Shown here piece by piece: positions 10,271 to 20,252 of a DNA stretch of 64,000 nt (positions are counted from its first letter, which is position 1; each line of letters starts with the position of its first letter). The translations under genes were made by a program, and so were the position numbers. The notes under the pieces were generated by a model. The model did not search any database, had not been told where the DNA came from, and saw nothing but the letters and a program-made list of their open reading frames with translations. Source of the DNA: an uncultured Chloroflexota bacterium (lineage in GTDB: Bacteria; Chloroflexota; Dehalococcoidia; Lucifugimonadales; GCA-002694895); NCBI GenBank assembly GCA_913045935.1, contig CAJWSY010000002.1, forward strand, positions 19,181-83,180, in the 5' to 3' direction.

Positions 10271-11355
10271 CTATGATTGGCAAAAATATAAATGAGCTTG
10301 CAACTCCAGAACTTGTAATAGATCTTAATATTGTAGATCAGAATTACAAAACAGTATCTGAAGCTTATCAGAGTTCTCATTTGAAAATGAGAACACATAC
10401 TAAAAATATAAAAAGTCCATTTTTAGCAAGGAAGCAGGTAGAAGCGGGCGGAAGTAATGGAGGAGTTTGTACTGCTAAAGTATCAGAGGCTGAAGTTATG
10501 ATTGAAGGTGGATTTAACAATATTTTAATTGCTAATCAAGTTGTTTCTAACGATAAGATTGAAAGATTGTGTAGCTTAGCTAAATTTGCTGATATGAAAG
10601 TAGGAATTGATAATCTTGATAATTTGAAAAATTTATCAAGATTTGCTAAGAAACATCAAGTTACTTTAGGTGTATTGGTCGAAATTAATACATCTATGTT
10701 CAGATGTGGTGTTAGAAGCTCCAAACATGCTGTGGATTTGGCAAAAGCCGCAACTGAGTTACCCAATATTAATTTTAGAGGAGTTATGAGTCACCAAAGT
10801 ATTAAACAACCTAATCCATCTGAAAAAGAAAGATGGAATATTGGAGAAGAATATATTGATACTTTTTTAGAATCAAAAAGAGCGATAGAAGAATCAGGTA
10901 TAGATGTTGATATAGTATCAACAGGTGAAACATTTACGTTTGATATAGTTTTGAAATACCCTGAAATAACTGAAGTTCAGGGTGGTACATATGCTCTTAT
11001 GGATGTTAATTATCCATACATGCCATTTGATATAGCTGCTAAAGTAATGTGTTCGATTATTGATATTAATCTTAAAAAAAATCAGATAACTATTGACTCA
11101 GGTAATAAATGTATAGCTGCCCCAAATTTTGCAAAACCCATTTTAGAAAATCAAAATGCAGACTTAGAAACTATGTCCTTAGATCATTCTATATACAATG
11201 TACCAGATGCATCTAAGTACAATCTTGGAGACAAGTTATTTTTGCTTACTACTCATCAAGATGGTTTAATTAACAGATGGGATCAATTTATTGGCGTCCG
11301 AGATGGAGCTGTTGAAGGAATTTGGGATATTATGGGCAGAGGTTGTTACCATTAA
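10267..11355 (+). CDS. DSD1-family PLP enzyme (D-threonine aldolase/D-serine dehydratase-like)
   Basis: LATPELVID, RTHTKNIKS (PLP Lys), AKVSEAEVM, EINTSMFRCGV, TEVQGGTY, GRG C-terminus. Confidence 0.88.
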   Translation: MTMIGKNINELATPELVIDLNIVDQNYKTVSEAYQSSHLKMRTHTKNIKSPFLARKQVEAGGSNGGVCTAKVSEAEVMIEGGFNNILIANQVVSNDKIERLCSLAKFADMKVGIDNLDNLKNLSRFAKKHQVTLGVLVEINTSMFRCGVRSSKHAVDLAKAATELPNINFRGVMSHQSIKQPNPSEKERWNIGEEYIDTFLESKRAIEESGIDVDIVSTGETFTFDIVLKYPEITEVQGGTYALMDVNYPYMPFDIAAKVMCSIIDINLKKNQITIDSGNKCIAAPNFAKPILENQNADLETMSLDHSIYNVPDASKYNLGDKLFLLTTHQDGLINRWDQFIGVRDGAVEGIWDIMGRGCYH

Positions 11356-11360
11356 GATTG

Positions 11361-12233
11361 TTATTTAGACTTTTTTCTTAATCTACTTGTACCATATATT
11401 ATTCCTGCAATCAAAATCCAAACAGGGGTAAACACAAATAAGAAAATAATTATTTGTATTAAAAATTGCCCAAGACTTGATAAAGCTTTAATGGCATCGA
11501 GTGCAATTTCTCTTGTATCCCAGGAAGGATCATCAATTGATATTGGATTAGGTATTTCCTTGATATAGATTTCTACGAGGGATGTAATAACAGAGTTTTC
11601 TACAAGGTTAAATCTGCTATTCAAGCTGTCAATTTCTGATCTTAATCTAGATAACTCTTTTTCAATTTGAATTATTTCATTAACAGAATCAGTCTGGTCT
11701 AACAATTTTTTAAGTCTATTTTCAGAAGATTCTAAGCTTTTAATTTTAGCTTTAATATCGATATATTGTTCAGTTATATCTTGAGTGTAGATACTTTGTC
11801 TCTCAATTTCGTCTGAATGACTTATTAATTCATCTAAAAATTGATTTAATTTTACTGAAGGAATTCTGATAGATATTCTTGACCATTTATTTTCAAATCC
11901 TGTGTTTGGAGTAAATGATGTTGAATTTACTATGTAGCCTTCATATTCATCAACTATTTGATTAATGAATTCAGTAGTTGTGGGTAATGATTTAACAGAT
12001 ATGTCTAGTTGAGCGTTTTGTCTTACTTTTCTTTCTGTGATATTTAAACTTGAAGACTCAAATTCAGATTTATTGATATCTGATGACATTGTAGGTGAAC
12101 TTGCTATTTCCATAGAAGATTGCGATCTTACAAAGTTAGGTTCATCATAATACATTTCATCGTCATCATTGCATCCAAATAGAAATGAAATTAATGTAAT
12201 AACTACTACAAGTTTTGTTAATAACTTAATCAT
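11361..12233 (-). CDS. DUF4349-family lipoprotein
   Basis: Lipobox LFGC, RIPS, QDITEQYID, coiled coil, C-terminal TM segment. Confidence 0.8.
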   Translation of the reverse strand: MIKLLTKLVVVITLISFLFGCNDDDEMYYDEPNFVRSQSSMEIASSPTMSSDINKSEFESSSLNITERKVRQNAQLDISVKSLPTTTEFINQIVDEYEGYIVNSTSFTPNTGFENKWSRISIRIPSVKLNQFLDELISHSDEIERQSIYTQDITEQYIDIKAKIKSLESSENRLKKLLDQTDSVNEIIQIEKELSRLRSEIDSLNSRFNLVENSVITSLVEIYIKEIPNPISIDDPSWDTREIALDAIKALSSLGQFLIQIIIFLFVFTPVWILIAGIIYGTSRLRKKSK

Positions 12234-12477
12234 TTCAAAATTATCACATTAATGAACTGTTTAGAAAATAGGTAAATAGTCTCTTTTTTATATAATTTTA
12301 TAATTTTTGCATTCAATTTCATTTACGTCTTTAGGTACAACATATGGTATGTAACTTTAATTAAAGTACAAAAAGTAGTATCAATGTTATGAAATATATA
12401 AAAATATGTTGTCATTTTATTATTAATATAATATTTTCTACTAATTATTAGTTTTAAGCCAATTAAGGAGGATTCTT

Positions 12478-13242
12478 ATGGCAGATAAAATTAAAAAAGG
12501 AGATTGGTCTGCGCAAACAACAGGTATTTTGCTGATTGTGGGTCCAATTTTGACAATTTTGTTTAATAGTCTAAATCCAGTTAATGCAGCAAATGCTTTT
12601 AGTTTTACTTTTAGTCCAGATAAAATTGAAGGGGTTATATCAGCTTTGTCAGGTAACGAGTCTAATAGCCAATTATTTGGAATATTGCTTACTCTTTCTA
12701 TATTACTAATTCCATTATCTATTGGAGGCATTTCAAGAATTTGTCAGGATGATCCTGGAAGAAAATGGGCGTCTTTTGGATTTGTTCTTTCAGTTGTAGC
12801 GGTTGCAATATGGGCAGTTTCTAATGGAGTTGGCTTAGCTTTGGCAACTGCAGTTTCAAATTGGGGCGATGCTATGTCTTCGGTAGCAATTGCAACCAAA
12901 GCTGGAAATGCAGCAGGTGCAGCACAAGCACAACAAGCAGCGGGTGCATTAGCAATCTCTGCAGGTGTTATGAATGCTATTGTACTTGGAGCACATCAGA
13001 TGGCAACAACTATTTTTATGGTAGCTACTATGAGTTTGGGAATAGGGATGTCAATGAGCGGAGCTTTTAATTCTGTAATTTCCAGATTAATTGCTATTGG
13101 AGGTTTGGCTGGTCTTGTATTAGTTTTAGCCTTTCCTGTAAGTTCTGATCCTGGGTTTGGTATCGTAGGAATAATATTTTTAGTTATAGCAATAAAATTT
13201 GTTATAGCCGGAGTAACTGTACTTAGAGCTTCAAGAAAATAA
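12478..13242 (+). CDS. Ala/Gly-rich ~6-TM membrane protein (DUF4386-like)
   Basis: Strong SD AAGGAGG, six hydrophobic segments, followed by a terminator. Confidence 0.65.
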   Translation: MADKIKKGDWSAQTTGILLIVGPILTILFNSLNPVNAANAFSFTFSPDKIEGVISALSGNESNSQLFGILLTLSILLIPLSIGGISRICQDDPGRKWASFGFVLSVVAVAIWAVSNGVGLALATAVSNWGDAMSSVAIATKAGNAAGAAQAQQAAGALAISAGVMNAIVLGAHQMATTIFMVATMSLGIGMSMSGAFNSVISRLIAIGGLAGLVLVLAFPVSSDPGFGIVGIIFLVIAIKFVIAGVTVLRASRK

Positions 13243-13248
13243 TTTTTG

Positions 13249-13288
13249 TTTTTTGCTACATGTGAAACTTCACATGTAGCAAAAAAAA
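13249..13288. terminator. Bidirectional intrinsic terminator
   Basis: Perfect inverted repeat TTTTTTGCTACATGTGAA-AC-TTCACATGTAGCAAAAAA with T/A tracts on both sides. Confidence 0.8.
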
Positions 13289-13296
13289 TCAAAACA

Positions 13297-13653
13297 ATGT
13301 ATTACATCCAAAAAAATAAAGAAACAAAAATTAACTCGGAAAATATTCATGCCGGAAAAGGAATTATTCATCGTAAGCCTATATTTCGAGATGTTTCCAA
13401 ATTAGAAGTTGAAATTGAAGAATGGATTTTAGAACCAAATGTTAGCGAAGGTGATCATACACATTCAGATAATAGACCTTTAGAAGAAATTTATTATGTT
13501 CTTGAAGGTGAAGGAGATTTTGTGATTAATAATGAAAAAGTACATTTGAGTTCAGGTGATTCAATTATGGTTCCACCTAATGTTCCTCATTCTGTGGAAA
13601 ATAACAGTGATAAAAATTTAAGATTTATAATTATTTGGGGAATATCAAAATAG
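13297..13653 (+). CDS. Cupin domain protein (start reassigned to ATG 13297)
   Basis: HTH...EEIYYVLEGEG...GDSIMVPPNVPHSVEN; the track's upstream extension lies within the terminator hairpin. Confidence 0.85.
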   Translation: MYYIQKNKETKINSENIHAGKGIIHRKPIFRDVSKLEVEIEEWILEPNVSEGDHTHSDNRPLEEIYYVLEGEGDFVINNEKVHLSSGDSIMVPPNVPHSVENNSDKNLRFIIIWGISK

Positions 13654-13657
13654 TTAT

Positions 13658-14806
13658 TTAAATTTCAAACTCGTGTATATTTGCTAGCAGACTAGCTAAT
13701 ATAGATATTTTTTCGTGAAACATATCTATTTCTATATATTCGTGTTCTGCATGCGCACCGTCTCCGACACCACCTAATCCATCTAATACAGGTGTTCCTG
13801 TAGAAGCAGCAAAATTACCATCTGATCCTCCACCAACGGGGAATCCTGTTTCGGTAAATGTAACATCCATATCTTTTACTGTATTTTTTGCCCAATTGTA
13901 TAAATTTACAATTTTATCAGTTCTTTCCATTGGCGGCCTATTCATACCACCAGTAATTTCCAACGAACTATCTCCTAATACTGGTTCTAAAGATTTGATT
14001 TTATTATCAAGAATCTGTGCTTCTTCGTTTGTAACAACCCTTAAGTCAATTAAAGCTTCTGCATTTGCAGGAACTTGGTTTCTTACAACACCACCTTCGG
14101 CCCTACCAATATTTACAGTTGTACCTGTTTTTGAATCATTGAATGAGTCTAATTTTAGTATTTGATGTGCTAATTCAACATTGGCGCTTATTCCATTTTC
14201 AGGTTCGCTTCCAGCATGAGCAGCCTTACCTTGTACAGATAAATAATACATTCCTACACCTTTTCTTGCTGTTTTAATCATTCCCTTAAAACTTGATTCT
14301 AGGCAAAATGTAACGTAACTTTTCTCTGCTTCTTCTTTTATAAGATCCATTGAATCTTCACTGCCAAGTTCTTCGTCAGAATTGAATAATATTTTGATTT
14401 TATTTTTTGGCATTAAATCTAATTCGTTTAAAATTCTTATAGCTTCTAAAGCTATTGTTATGCCTACTTTCATATCGAATATACCGGGACCTTTCGCTAT
14501 ATTTCCTTCAACAGTAAATGGTCTTTCTTTAATTGTTCCAATTGGCCAAACTGTATCCATATGACATAGAATTAGAGTTGTTTTTTCGCCTGAATAAAAT
14601 TCAGAAGTGAAATTATTACCTAATTTTTCTTGAGGATAAAATTTAGTTTTACCTCCAAGTGATTCACAGACCTCTGATAAATATTTACTTAATTTATCTA
14701 CAGATTCCTTAGAACCTGAAAATGATTCAAGATTAACTATATTTTCAAGTAATTTTAGACTTTGTTTTTTTTCTTGATTTACTTTGTCAAAAATTTTATC
14801 ATTCAT
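13658..14806 (-). CDS. M20 metallopeptidase, glutamate carboxypeptidase-like (start reassigned to 14806)
   Basis: HMDTVW, GPGIFDMK, DEELGS, GKAAHAG, GGGSDGN, GAHAEHE; AGGAG before MNDK. Confidence 0.9.
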   Translation of the reverse strand: MNDKIFDKVNQEKKQSLKLLENIVNLESFSGSKESVDKLSKYLSEVCESLGGKTKFYPQEKLGNNFTSEFYSGEKTTLILCHMDTVWPIGTIKERPFTVEGNIAKGPGIFDMKVGITIALEAIRILNELDLMPKNKIKILFNSDEELGSEDSMDLIKEEAEKSYVTFCLESSFKGMIKTARKGVGMYYLSVQGKAAHAGSEPENGISANVELAHQILKLDSFNDSKTGTTVNIGRAEGGVVRNQVPANAEALIDLRVVTNEEAQILDNKIKSLEPVLGDSSLEITGGMNRPPMERTDKIVNLYNWAKNTVKDMDVTFTETGFPVGGGSDGNFAASTGTPVLDGLGGVGDGAHAEHEYIEIDMFHEKISILASLLANIHEFEI

Positions 14807-14876
14807 TGTTAATACTCCTAATAATTTCATGGTATATTTTAGTTGAAATAGTTTTATAACACATATTAGGTCAACG

Positions 14877-15653
14877 ATGCTAGACAAATTTGAAAAAATA
14901 TTTATTGAGTTTGATGATGAATGGGGATATTTAGTTTTACCTGAAAAGGCAGAAAATAATATCCCTTTAGTTTTACATTTCCACGGAAATGGTGGTTATG
15001 TAAAAAATGGTGAAGCTGATTGGATTGATGAACCTAGGAAACAAAAATTCTTTTTCTCTTTATTAGAATCAGGTTATGCAATTGCTGGTTGTCATGCAAC
15101 AGGAAATCATTGGGGTAGAGATAGTGCATTAAAAGCAAATTATAATTTTTTTGAGGAATTAAAAAAAATTAACACTTTGAATTTAAGTAACATTACAACT
15201 TGGGGATGTGGTTTGGGAGCATCTGCTGCATGGTTAGCAAGCATAGGCGACTTAAACCCATATGTTGAGAACTTTGTATCACAACAAGGGGTGTTAAATT
15301 TTGAAAGTATAATTCAAAGGAAAAAATTTAAAAACCATCTTATTGAGGCTCATGGTGAAGATTTGGATTTATCAATTGAAGATGCAATTAAATTGTTTCA
15401 TGATTTGAATCCAATTACTCGTACAAAAAAGATAATAACAAACCCTGATATAAGAATCCCTAATTCTCTTTTTATACATGGTGATATAGATGAAAATGTG
15501 AATTTTGAGGATAATCCAGTTGTTTTACACAATATTTTGAATAAACATGGTTATGTTTCCAAGTTACATCCATTAAAAGATGTTGGACATGCAACTTATG
15601 AATTTGGAGATGAATTAGGTAGATTGGTAAATAATTTTATTAGCAATAATTGA
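14877..15653 (+). CDS. Alpha/beta hydrolase-fold protein with atypical nucleophile elbow (GCGLG)
   Basis: LHFHGNGG, HWG, HGDIDENV (acid), VGH (His). Confidence 0.7.
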   Translation: MLDKFEKIFIEFDDEWGYLVLPEKAENNIPLVLHFHGNGGYVKNGEADWIDEPRKQKFFFSLLESGYAIAGCHATGNHWGRDSALKANYNFFEELKKINTLNLSNITTWGCGLGASAAWLASIGDLNPYVENFVSQQGVLNFESIIQRKKFKNHLIEAHGEDLDLSIEDAIKLFHDLNPITRTKKIITNPDIRIPNSLFIHGDIDENVNFEDNPVVLHNILNKHGYVSKLHPLKDVGHATYEFGDELGRLVNNFISNN

Positions 15654-15656
15654 TTT

Positions 15657-16331
15657 TTACCAAGGAATTTCTTTACCATTATAATCAATAAAAGTACCGG
15701 AATTTTCATTATTTGAATTATCTATAACGTTTATTATCCCTTTGGCTGATTCACTAACTGTAATATCAGCATTATCACCTCCCATATCAGTTTTTACCCA
15801 ACCAGGATGGATTAAAAGTATGATTGACTTCTGTCTTTTAAATTCCATGTGTAAATTTCTACCAGCCATATTAATTGCTGCTTTACTCATTCTATACGAC
15901 AAATCTCCTGACATAGTTTTACTTATTGAACCCATTCCAGAAGTTATTATGGCAATTTTTGAATTGGATAAAACAGATTTCATTGATTTAATCAGTATTG
16001 TTGGTCCTACAGAGTTTGTATTTATAGTATCAAGCATCACATCATGTGATAGATTTTCTTGTAATCCTCTTTCGCCTCTAGTGCCTGCATTATTTATAAA
16101 TATATCAATTTGTGAGTTTGTTTTTTGTATTAATGAATCATAAAATTCTTTAATAGAAGTTTCATTAGAAATATCCAAAGGGATAATGTTTTCTAATCCG
16201 ATTTCTTCTTGTAAAGTTGTCGAAGATAAAGGATTTCTAGATGTTCCGATAACATTGTATCCAAGATTTTTATATTCTTTAGCTAATTCTAAGCCAATAC
16301 CTCTGTTGGCACCTGTTATTACTACATTCAT
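15657..16331 (-). CDS. Short-chain dehydrogenase (CsgA/C-factor-like)
   Basis: ITGANRGIG, NNAG, YRMSK, HPGWVKTDMGG. Confidence 0.92.
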   Translation of the reverse strand: MNVVITGANRGIGLELAKEYKNLGYNVIGTSRNPLSSTTLQEEIGLENIIPLDISNETSIKEFYDSLIQKTNSQIDIFINNAGTRGERGLQENLSHDVMLDTINTNSVGPTILIKSMKSVLSNSKIAIITSGMGSISKTMSGDLSYRMSKAAINMAGRNLHMEFKRQKSIILLIHPGWVKTDMGGDNADITVSESAKGIINVIDNSNNENSGTFIDYNGKEIPW

Positions 16332-16375
16332 GATTATTGTTATAATTTAAATAATTATTATTATATATAAAATAC

Positions 16376-16816
16376 ATGAAAGATAAAAAGACTATATTGT
16401 TTGTATGCACTGGAAATAGCTGTAGATCACAAATGGCTGAGGGATTTATGGATTTTTATTTAAGTACACAAACTACACAATATCGTGTTTTAAGTGCAGG
16501 ATTAAAGCCTTCAGGTGTTAATAATAATGCTATAAAAGTAATGAAAGAAAAAAATATTGATATATCCAATCAAACATCAAATCATTTAGAAGATTATATT
16601 TATATAAGTCATGAATATGTTATCACTCTGTGCGATAATGCAAAAGAATCATGCCCTACAGGATTAGTTAGTAAAAAGAATATTCATTGGAGTATTCCTG
16701 ATCCTTATGTTGAGGGAGAAACAGGAAATACTGATCTGTCAAAATATCGTTTATCTAGAGATATGATAAACTCTAGAATTGAAAAATTAGTTAAAATTAT
16801 TTGTGAGGAAGAATAA
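16376..16816 (+). CDS. arsC: Arsenate reductase ArsC / LMW-PTP family
   Basis: CTGNSCRSQMAEG, ITLCDNAKESCP, HW..PDP. Confidence 0.88.
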   Translation: MKDKKTILFVCTGNSCRSQMAEGFMDFYLSTQTTQYRVLSAGLKPSGVNNNAIKVMKEKNIDISNQTSNHLEDYIYISHEYVITLCDNAKESCPTGLVSKKNIHWSIPDPYVEGETGNTDLSKYRLSRDMINSRIEKLVKIICEEE

Positions 16817-16818
16817 AT

Positions 16819-17817
16819 ATGCCAGATTTACATGATGAAGAATTACATCCGAGTTATATAGGAGTTCCAACATATCTTGGATCACCATTTGCAGTTAATG
16901 CTGAAGAATTGAAATCAATGAATCCCGATATTGCTATTTTAGGAGCTCCAGTCGACATGGGTGTTGGAAATAGACCAGGAGCTAGGTTTGGTCCAAGAGC
17001 TATTAGGCAAGCTGATTATTGGCCTAAACCTGGAAAAGCTGCAAATTTATATCATTTAAATCTTGAAGTAGCTCCTTTGGCCGAATTAAATGTTGTAGAT
17101 TTTGGTGATGTAAATTGTCCTCCTATGTCTTTGGAAAAATCGCACGAAGCCGTTGAATTGAAAGTTACTGAAGCATTAGATGCAAACGCGATACCAATTG
17201 TTTTAGGAGGAGATCATTCTATAACTTGGCCAAGTGCAACAGCTGTTGCAAAAAAACATGGTTATGGAAATGTAGGTATGGTCCATTTTGATGCGCATGC
17301 CGACACAAGAGATTCTTCTTATGGCGATGTATTAATTGGACATGGAAGTCCCATGAGAAGATTAATAGAAAGCGGTGCAATTCCAGGTAAAAATTTTATA
17401 CAAATTGGATTGAGAGGTCCATGGCCAGGTCCAGATGACTTGAAATGGATGAAAAATCAAGGTATGAGATGGCATCTGATGGCAGAGATCGAAGAAAAGG
17501 GATTTGATGCTGTTTTAGATATGGCAATAAATGAAGCTTTAGACGGACCTGACAAGCTTTATATTTCAGTAGACGTTGATGTAATGGATCCAGCTTATGC
17601 TCCGGCAACAGGTACCCCTGAACCTGGTGGTATATCTTCTTTGGAATTATTGCGTGCTATAAGAAATATTGTTTTAAGCAAAGGAATGGTAGGTATGGAT
17701 GTAGTTGAAGTTTCTCCTGTTTACGATCAGCCAGGAGATATTACAGCGCAAGCTGCTCATAGATGTGTTTACGAGGCAATAAGTGCATTAGCAAAAAATA
17801 AAAGTTTGGGAAAATGA
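16819..17817 (+). CDS. speB: Agmatinase / ureohydrolase family
   Basis: RPGARFGP, GGDHSIT, FDAHAD, SVDVDVMDP, TGTPEPGG; exact substrate uncertain. Confidence 0.88.
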   Translation: MPDLHDEELHPSYIGVPTYLGSPFAVNAEELKSMNPDIAILGAPVDMGVGNRPGARFGPRAIRQADYWPKPGKAANLYHLNLEVAPLAELNVVDFGDVNCPPMSLEKSHEAVELKVTEALDANAIPIVLGGDHSITWPSATAVAKKHGYGNVGMVHFDAHADTRDSSYGDVLIGHGSPMRRLIESGAIPGKNFIQIGLRGPWPGPDDLKWMKNQGMRWHLMAEIEEKGFDAVLDMAINEALDGPDKLYISVDVDVMDPAYAPATGTPEPGGISSLELLRAIRNIVLSKGMVGMDVVEVSPVYDQPGDITAQAAHRCVYEAISALAKNKSLGK

Positions 17818-19052
17818 AATATCAAGAACAAATCCATTCTGTATATAAATCCATTGATGATGATTATCTTGTAGATCTTATATGTGAATTTTCCAAAATA
17901 AAAAGTGTATGGGATCCCGGGAATAATGGAAGTGAATTAGAGGCGGCTAAATGGTTTGAAAATCAAGCTAAATTATTTGGATTTAACCCGCATTTATATA
18001 TGGTTGCACCTGACAGACCAAATGTCATCGTATCATTAAATTCAGAAAATGAAACTGTTATAAATAAAAAATTATTACTTGAAGGTCATACTGATGTTGT
18101 TACGGAAGGAGATGTAGAATTATGGACTAGTGACCCTTTTGATCCAATAATAAGAGACGGAAGAATTATAGGTAGGGGAGTTAACGACATGAAATCTGGG
18201 TTAATGTGTGCATTATATGCTATGTATTTGATTAAGCAATCCGGACTAAAATTAGGCGGGGATCTTTTGTGTGCTGCTTTATGTGATGAAGAAGGAGAAA
18301 TGATAGGAGTTAAAGATTTTGTGAAAACTAAATATGCTGCAAATATTACTTCGGCAATTGTATGCGAACCTGAGGAGAATAATATATGTATTGAGCAAAA
18401 AGGAGTAGCTTGGGTTCAGGTTAAATTTATTGGTAAAATGTCACATGGAGCTATGCCTTATTCGGGAATTAACAGTTCTTATCCTTTGGGTAAAGTTCTT
18501 TTTGAATTAGAAAAATTAAATGACAAATATAAAGAATATAACTCAGAATTGTTGGGAACACCTTCTATAACTCCAACAATAATTCAATCTCCTCCAATTA
18601 ATAATGGTGTGCCGCAAAATAATGTTATGCCTGGTAGTTCAGAATTAGTATTAGACATAAGATTAACACCTGAGATCGATTATGAAAATTTTACAAATTC
18701 TTTTAAGAAAATTATTAATGATGTGAAAAAAGATTATGATACTGAAATACAATACAAATTATTAGAGGTAAGACCACCTGTAAAAACGGACGAGAATAAT
18801 GAGATAGTAAAAATTTTAAAAGAATCTTATCAATTTGTTTCAGGATCTCCACCTAAAATTGGAGGTGTACCAGGATCTACTGATGGAACTATTATTTTTC
18901 AAGAACTAAACGTTCCTGTTGTAGTTTGTGGCCCCGGGTCAATCACTGCGCCTCATCAAATAGATGAATTTATTGATATAATTGAAATCAAAGAAAGTAT
19001 AAGAATTTATATTTCTTCAATAATAAATTATTTGGGAATTTCTGATAAATGA
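17814..19052 (+). CDS. M20 ArgE/DapE-family deacylase
   Basis: EGHTDVV, GRGVNDMKSG, DEEG, CEP, HQIDE. Confidence 0.9.
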   Translation: MKYQEQIHSVYKSIDDDYLVDLICEFSKIKSVWDPGNNGSELEAAKWFENQAKLFGFNPHLYMVAPDRPNVIVSLNSENETVINKKLLLEGHTDVVTEGDVELWTSDPFDPIIRDGRIIGRGVNDMKSGLMCALYAMYLIKQSGLKLGGDLLCAALCDEEGEMIGVKDFVKTKYAANITSAIVCEPEENNICIEQKGVAWVQVKFIGKMSHGAMPYSGINSSYPLGKVLFELEKLNDKYKEYNSELLGTPSITPTIIQSPPINNGVPQNNVMPGSSELVLDIRLTPEIDYENFTNSFKKIINDVKKDYDTEIQYKLLEVRPPVKTDENNEIVKILKESYQFVSGSPPKIGGVPGSTDGTIIFQELNVPVVVCGPGSITAPHQIDEFIDIIEIKESIRIYISSIINYLGISDK

Positions 19053-19354
19053 ATAAAATATTATTAGCGATTTTAACTTTCATTTTTTGCATTGCTTGCT
19101 CATCAAATCAGATTGATGATGCTTATCCTAAAGAAGCAACAAGTGAGATGTATAGCTTATGTTTAAAGACATTTAGGTATGGCTATTGTAAATGCTATGT
19201 TGAAAACTGGAAAAAAAATATATCTTATGAAGAATACGTTGTATTAAAACCGCAAATTGACTCTGGTGAAATTAAAGATCCCCAAATAAAGGATTTTTTA
19301 AATGATTTGCATAATGAATGTGAAAGATTACCTACATCAACAGAAGGTTTTTAA
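19049..19354 (+). CDS. Small Cys-containing lipoprotein
   Basis: Signal peptide with lipobox IAC; C..YCKC..C. Confidence 0.7.
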   Translation: MNKILLAILTFIFCIACSSNQIDDAYPKEATSEMYSLCLKTFRYGYCKCYVENWKKNISYEEYVVLKPQIDSGEIKDPQIKDFLNDLHNECERLPTSTEGF

Positions 19355-19364
19355 CACAATTTAG

Positions 19365-19892
19365 ATGTTAGATTTAAATTTAGAAGAAATTATAATAATC
19401 ATTGTTAGGATTTTGGGATCTGTCCCAGTAATTTTCTTCCCGTTTTTCGGATCTATTTTAGCAATAATGACAGATTTGTCAGACTTGTTTCTAATGAATT
19501 TCTTGAATTTAGGAGGAGTTAGTAATTATCAACAATTAGACAAAACTTTAGATTTGTTTTATATGCTCTCTTTCCTAATAGTTGCTCTTAGATGGCATGG
19601 TTATTTCAAAACAATTTCAATTTTTCTATTTATATTTAGAATTGTGGGAGTCATTTTGTTTTTCACTTTTGATAATCGAATATATTTATTATATTTCCCA
19701 AATTTTTTTGAATTTTGGATTTTATTTATTGTTATATATAAGAAAATAATTTCTTCCAAAATCTCTAATTCTGCTTTAATTTTTATATTAACCGTTTCGA
19801 TTTTTACAAAAATTGCTCATGAAATCTTTATTCATGGAATCAGAACTTTGGACAATTATACGTTACCAGAATTTATTAAACTATTTTATTGA
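19365..19892 (+). CDS. Hypothetical membrane protein
   Basis: Multiple TM segments; DxxD and YQQLDKTLD motifs. Confidence 0.7.
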   Translation: MLDLNLEEIIIIIVRILGSVPVIFFPFFGSILAIMTDLSDLFLMNFLNLGGVSNYQQLDKTLDLFYMLSFLIVALRWHGYFKTISIFLFIFRIVGVILFFTFDNRIYLLYFPNFFEFWILFIVIYKKIISSKISNSALIFILTVSIFTKIAHEIFIHGIRTLDNYTLPEFIKLFY

Positions 19893-19901
19893 GAGAAAGC
19901 T

Positions 19902-20183
19902 ATGGAATCAGCAAATTCATTGATTTTAATTGAAAATGACCGTGTTAGAATAACTAAATGGCATTTTCTTCCTAATCAAAGTACAGGAAGTCATATCCAT
20001 GAATTTGATTATGTAGTTGTTCCTACCAAATCAGGGACTTTGAATGTAATTGAAAATTTAACGGTTAATGAATCTGAATTATTTTTAAATCAACCATATT
20101 ATCGGTCTAAAGGAATTGCCCATGAAATAACCTACACGGGTAGTGATTATATGGAATTTATTGAAATAGAAATTAAAAAATAG
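19902..20183 (+). CDS. Small cupin protein
   Basis: ENDRVRIT, TGSHIHEFDYVVVP, G.AH, FIEIEIK. Confidence 0.85.
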   Translation: MESANSLILIENDRVRITKWHFLPNQSTGSHIHEFDYVVVPTKSGTLNVIENLTVNESELFLNQPYYRSKGIAHEITYTGSDYMEFIEIEIKK

Positions 20184-20252
20184 TACCTTTTAAATACTTT
20201 CTCAGCCTATATAATATGTTCTAAGCTATTAAACTTTAATATAGGTAGAAAT

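Noticed and set aside
12478-13242. Rhodopsin, because of the Lys in the last TM helix
   Set aside because: Only about 6 TM segments, no RYxDW or helix-C motif, and no DxxxK/SxxxK context.
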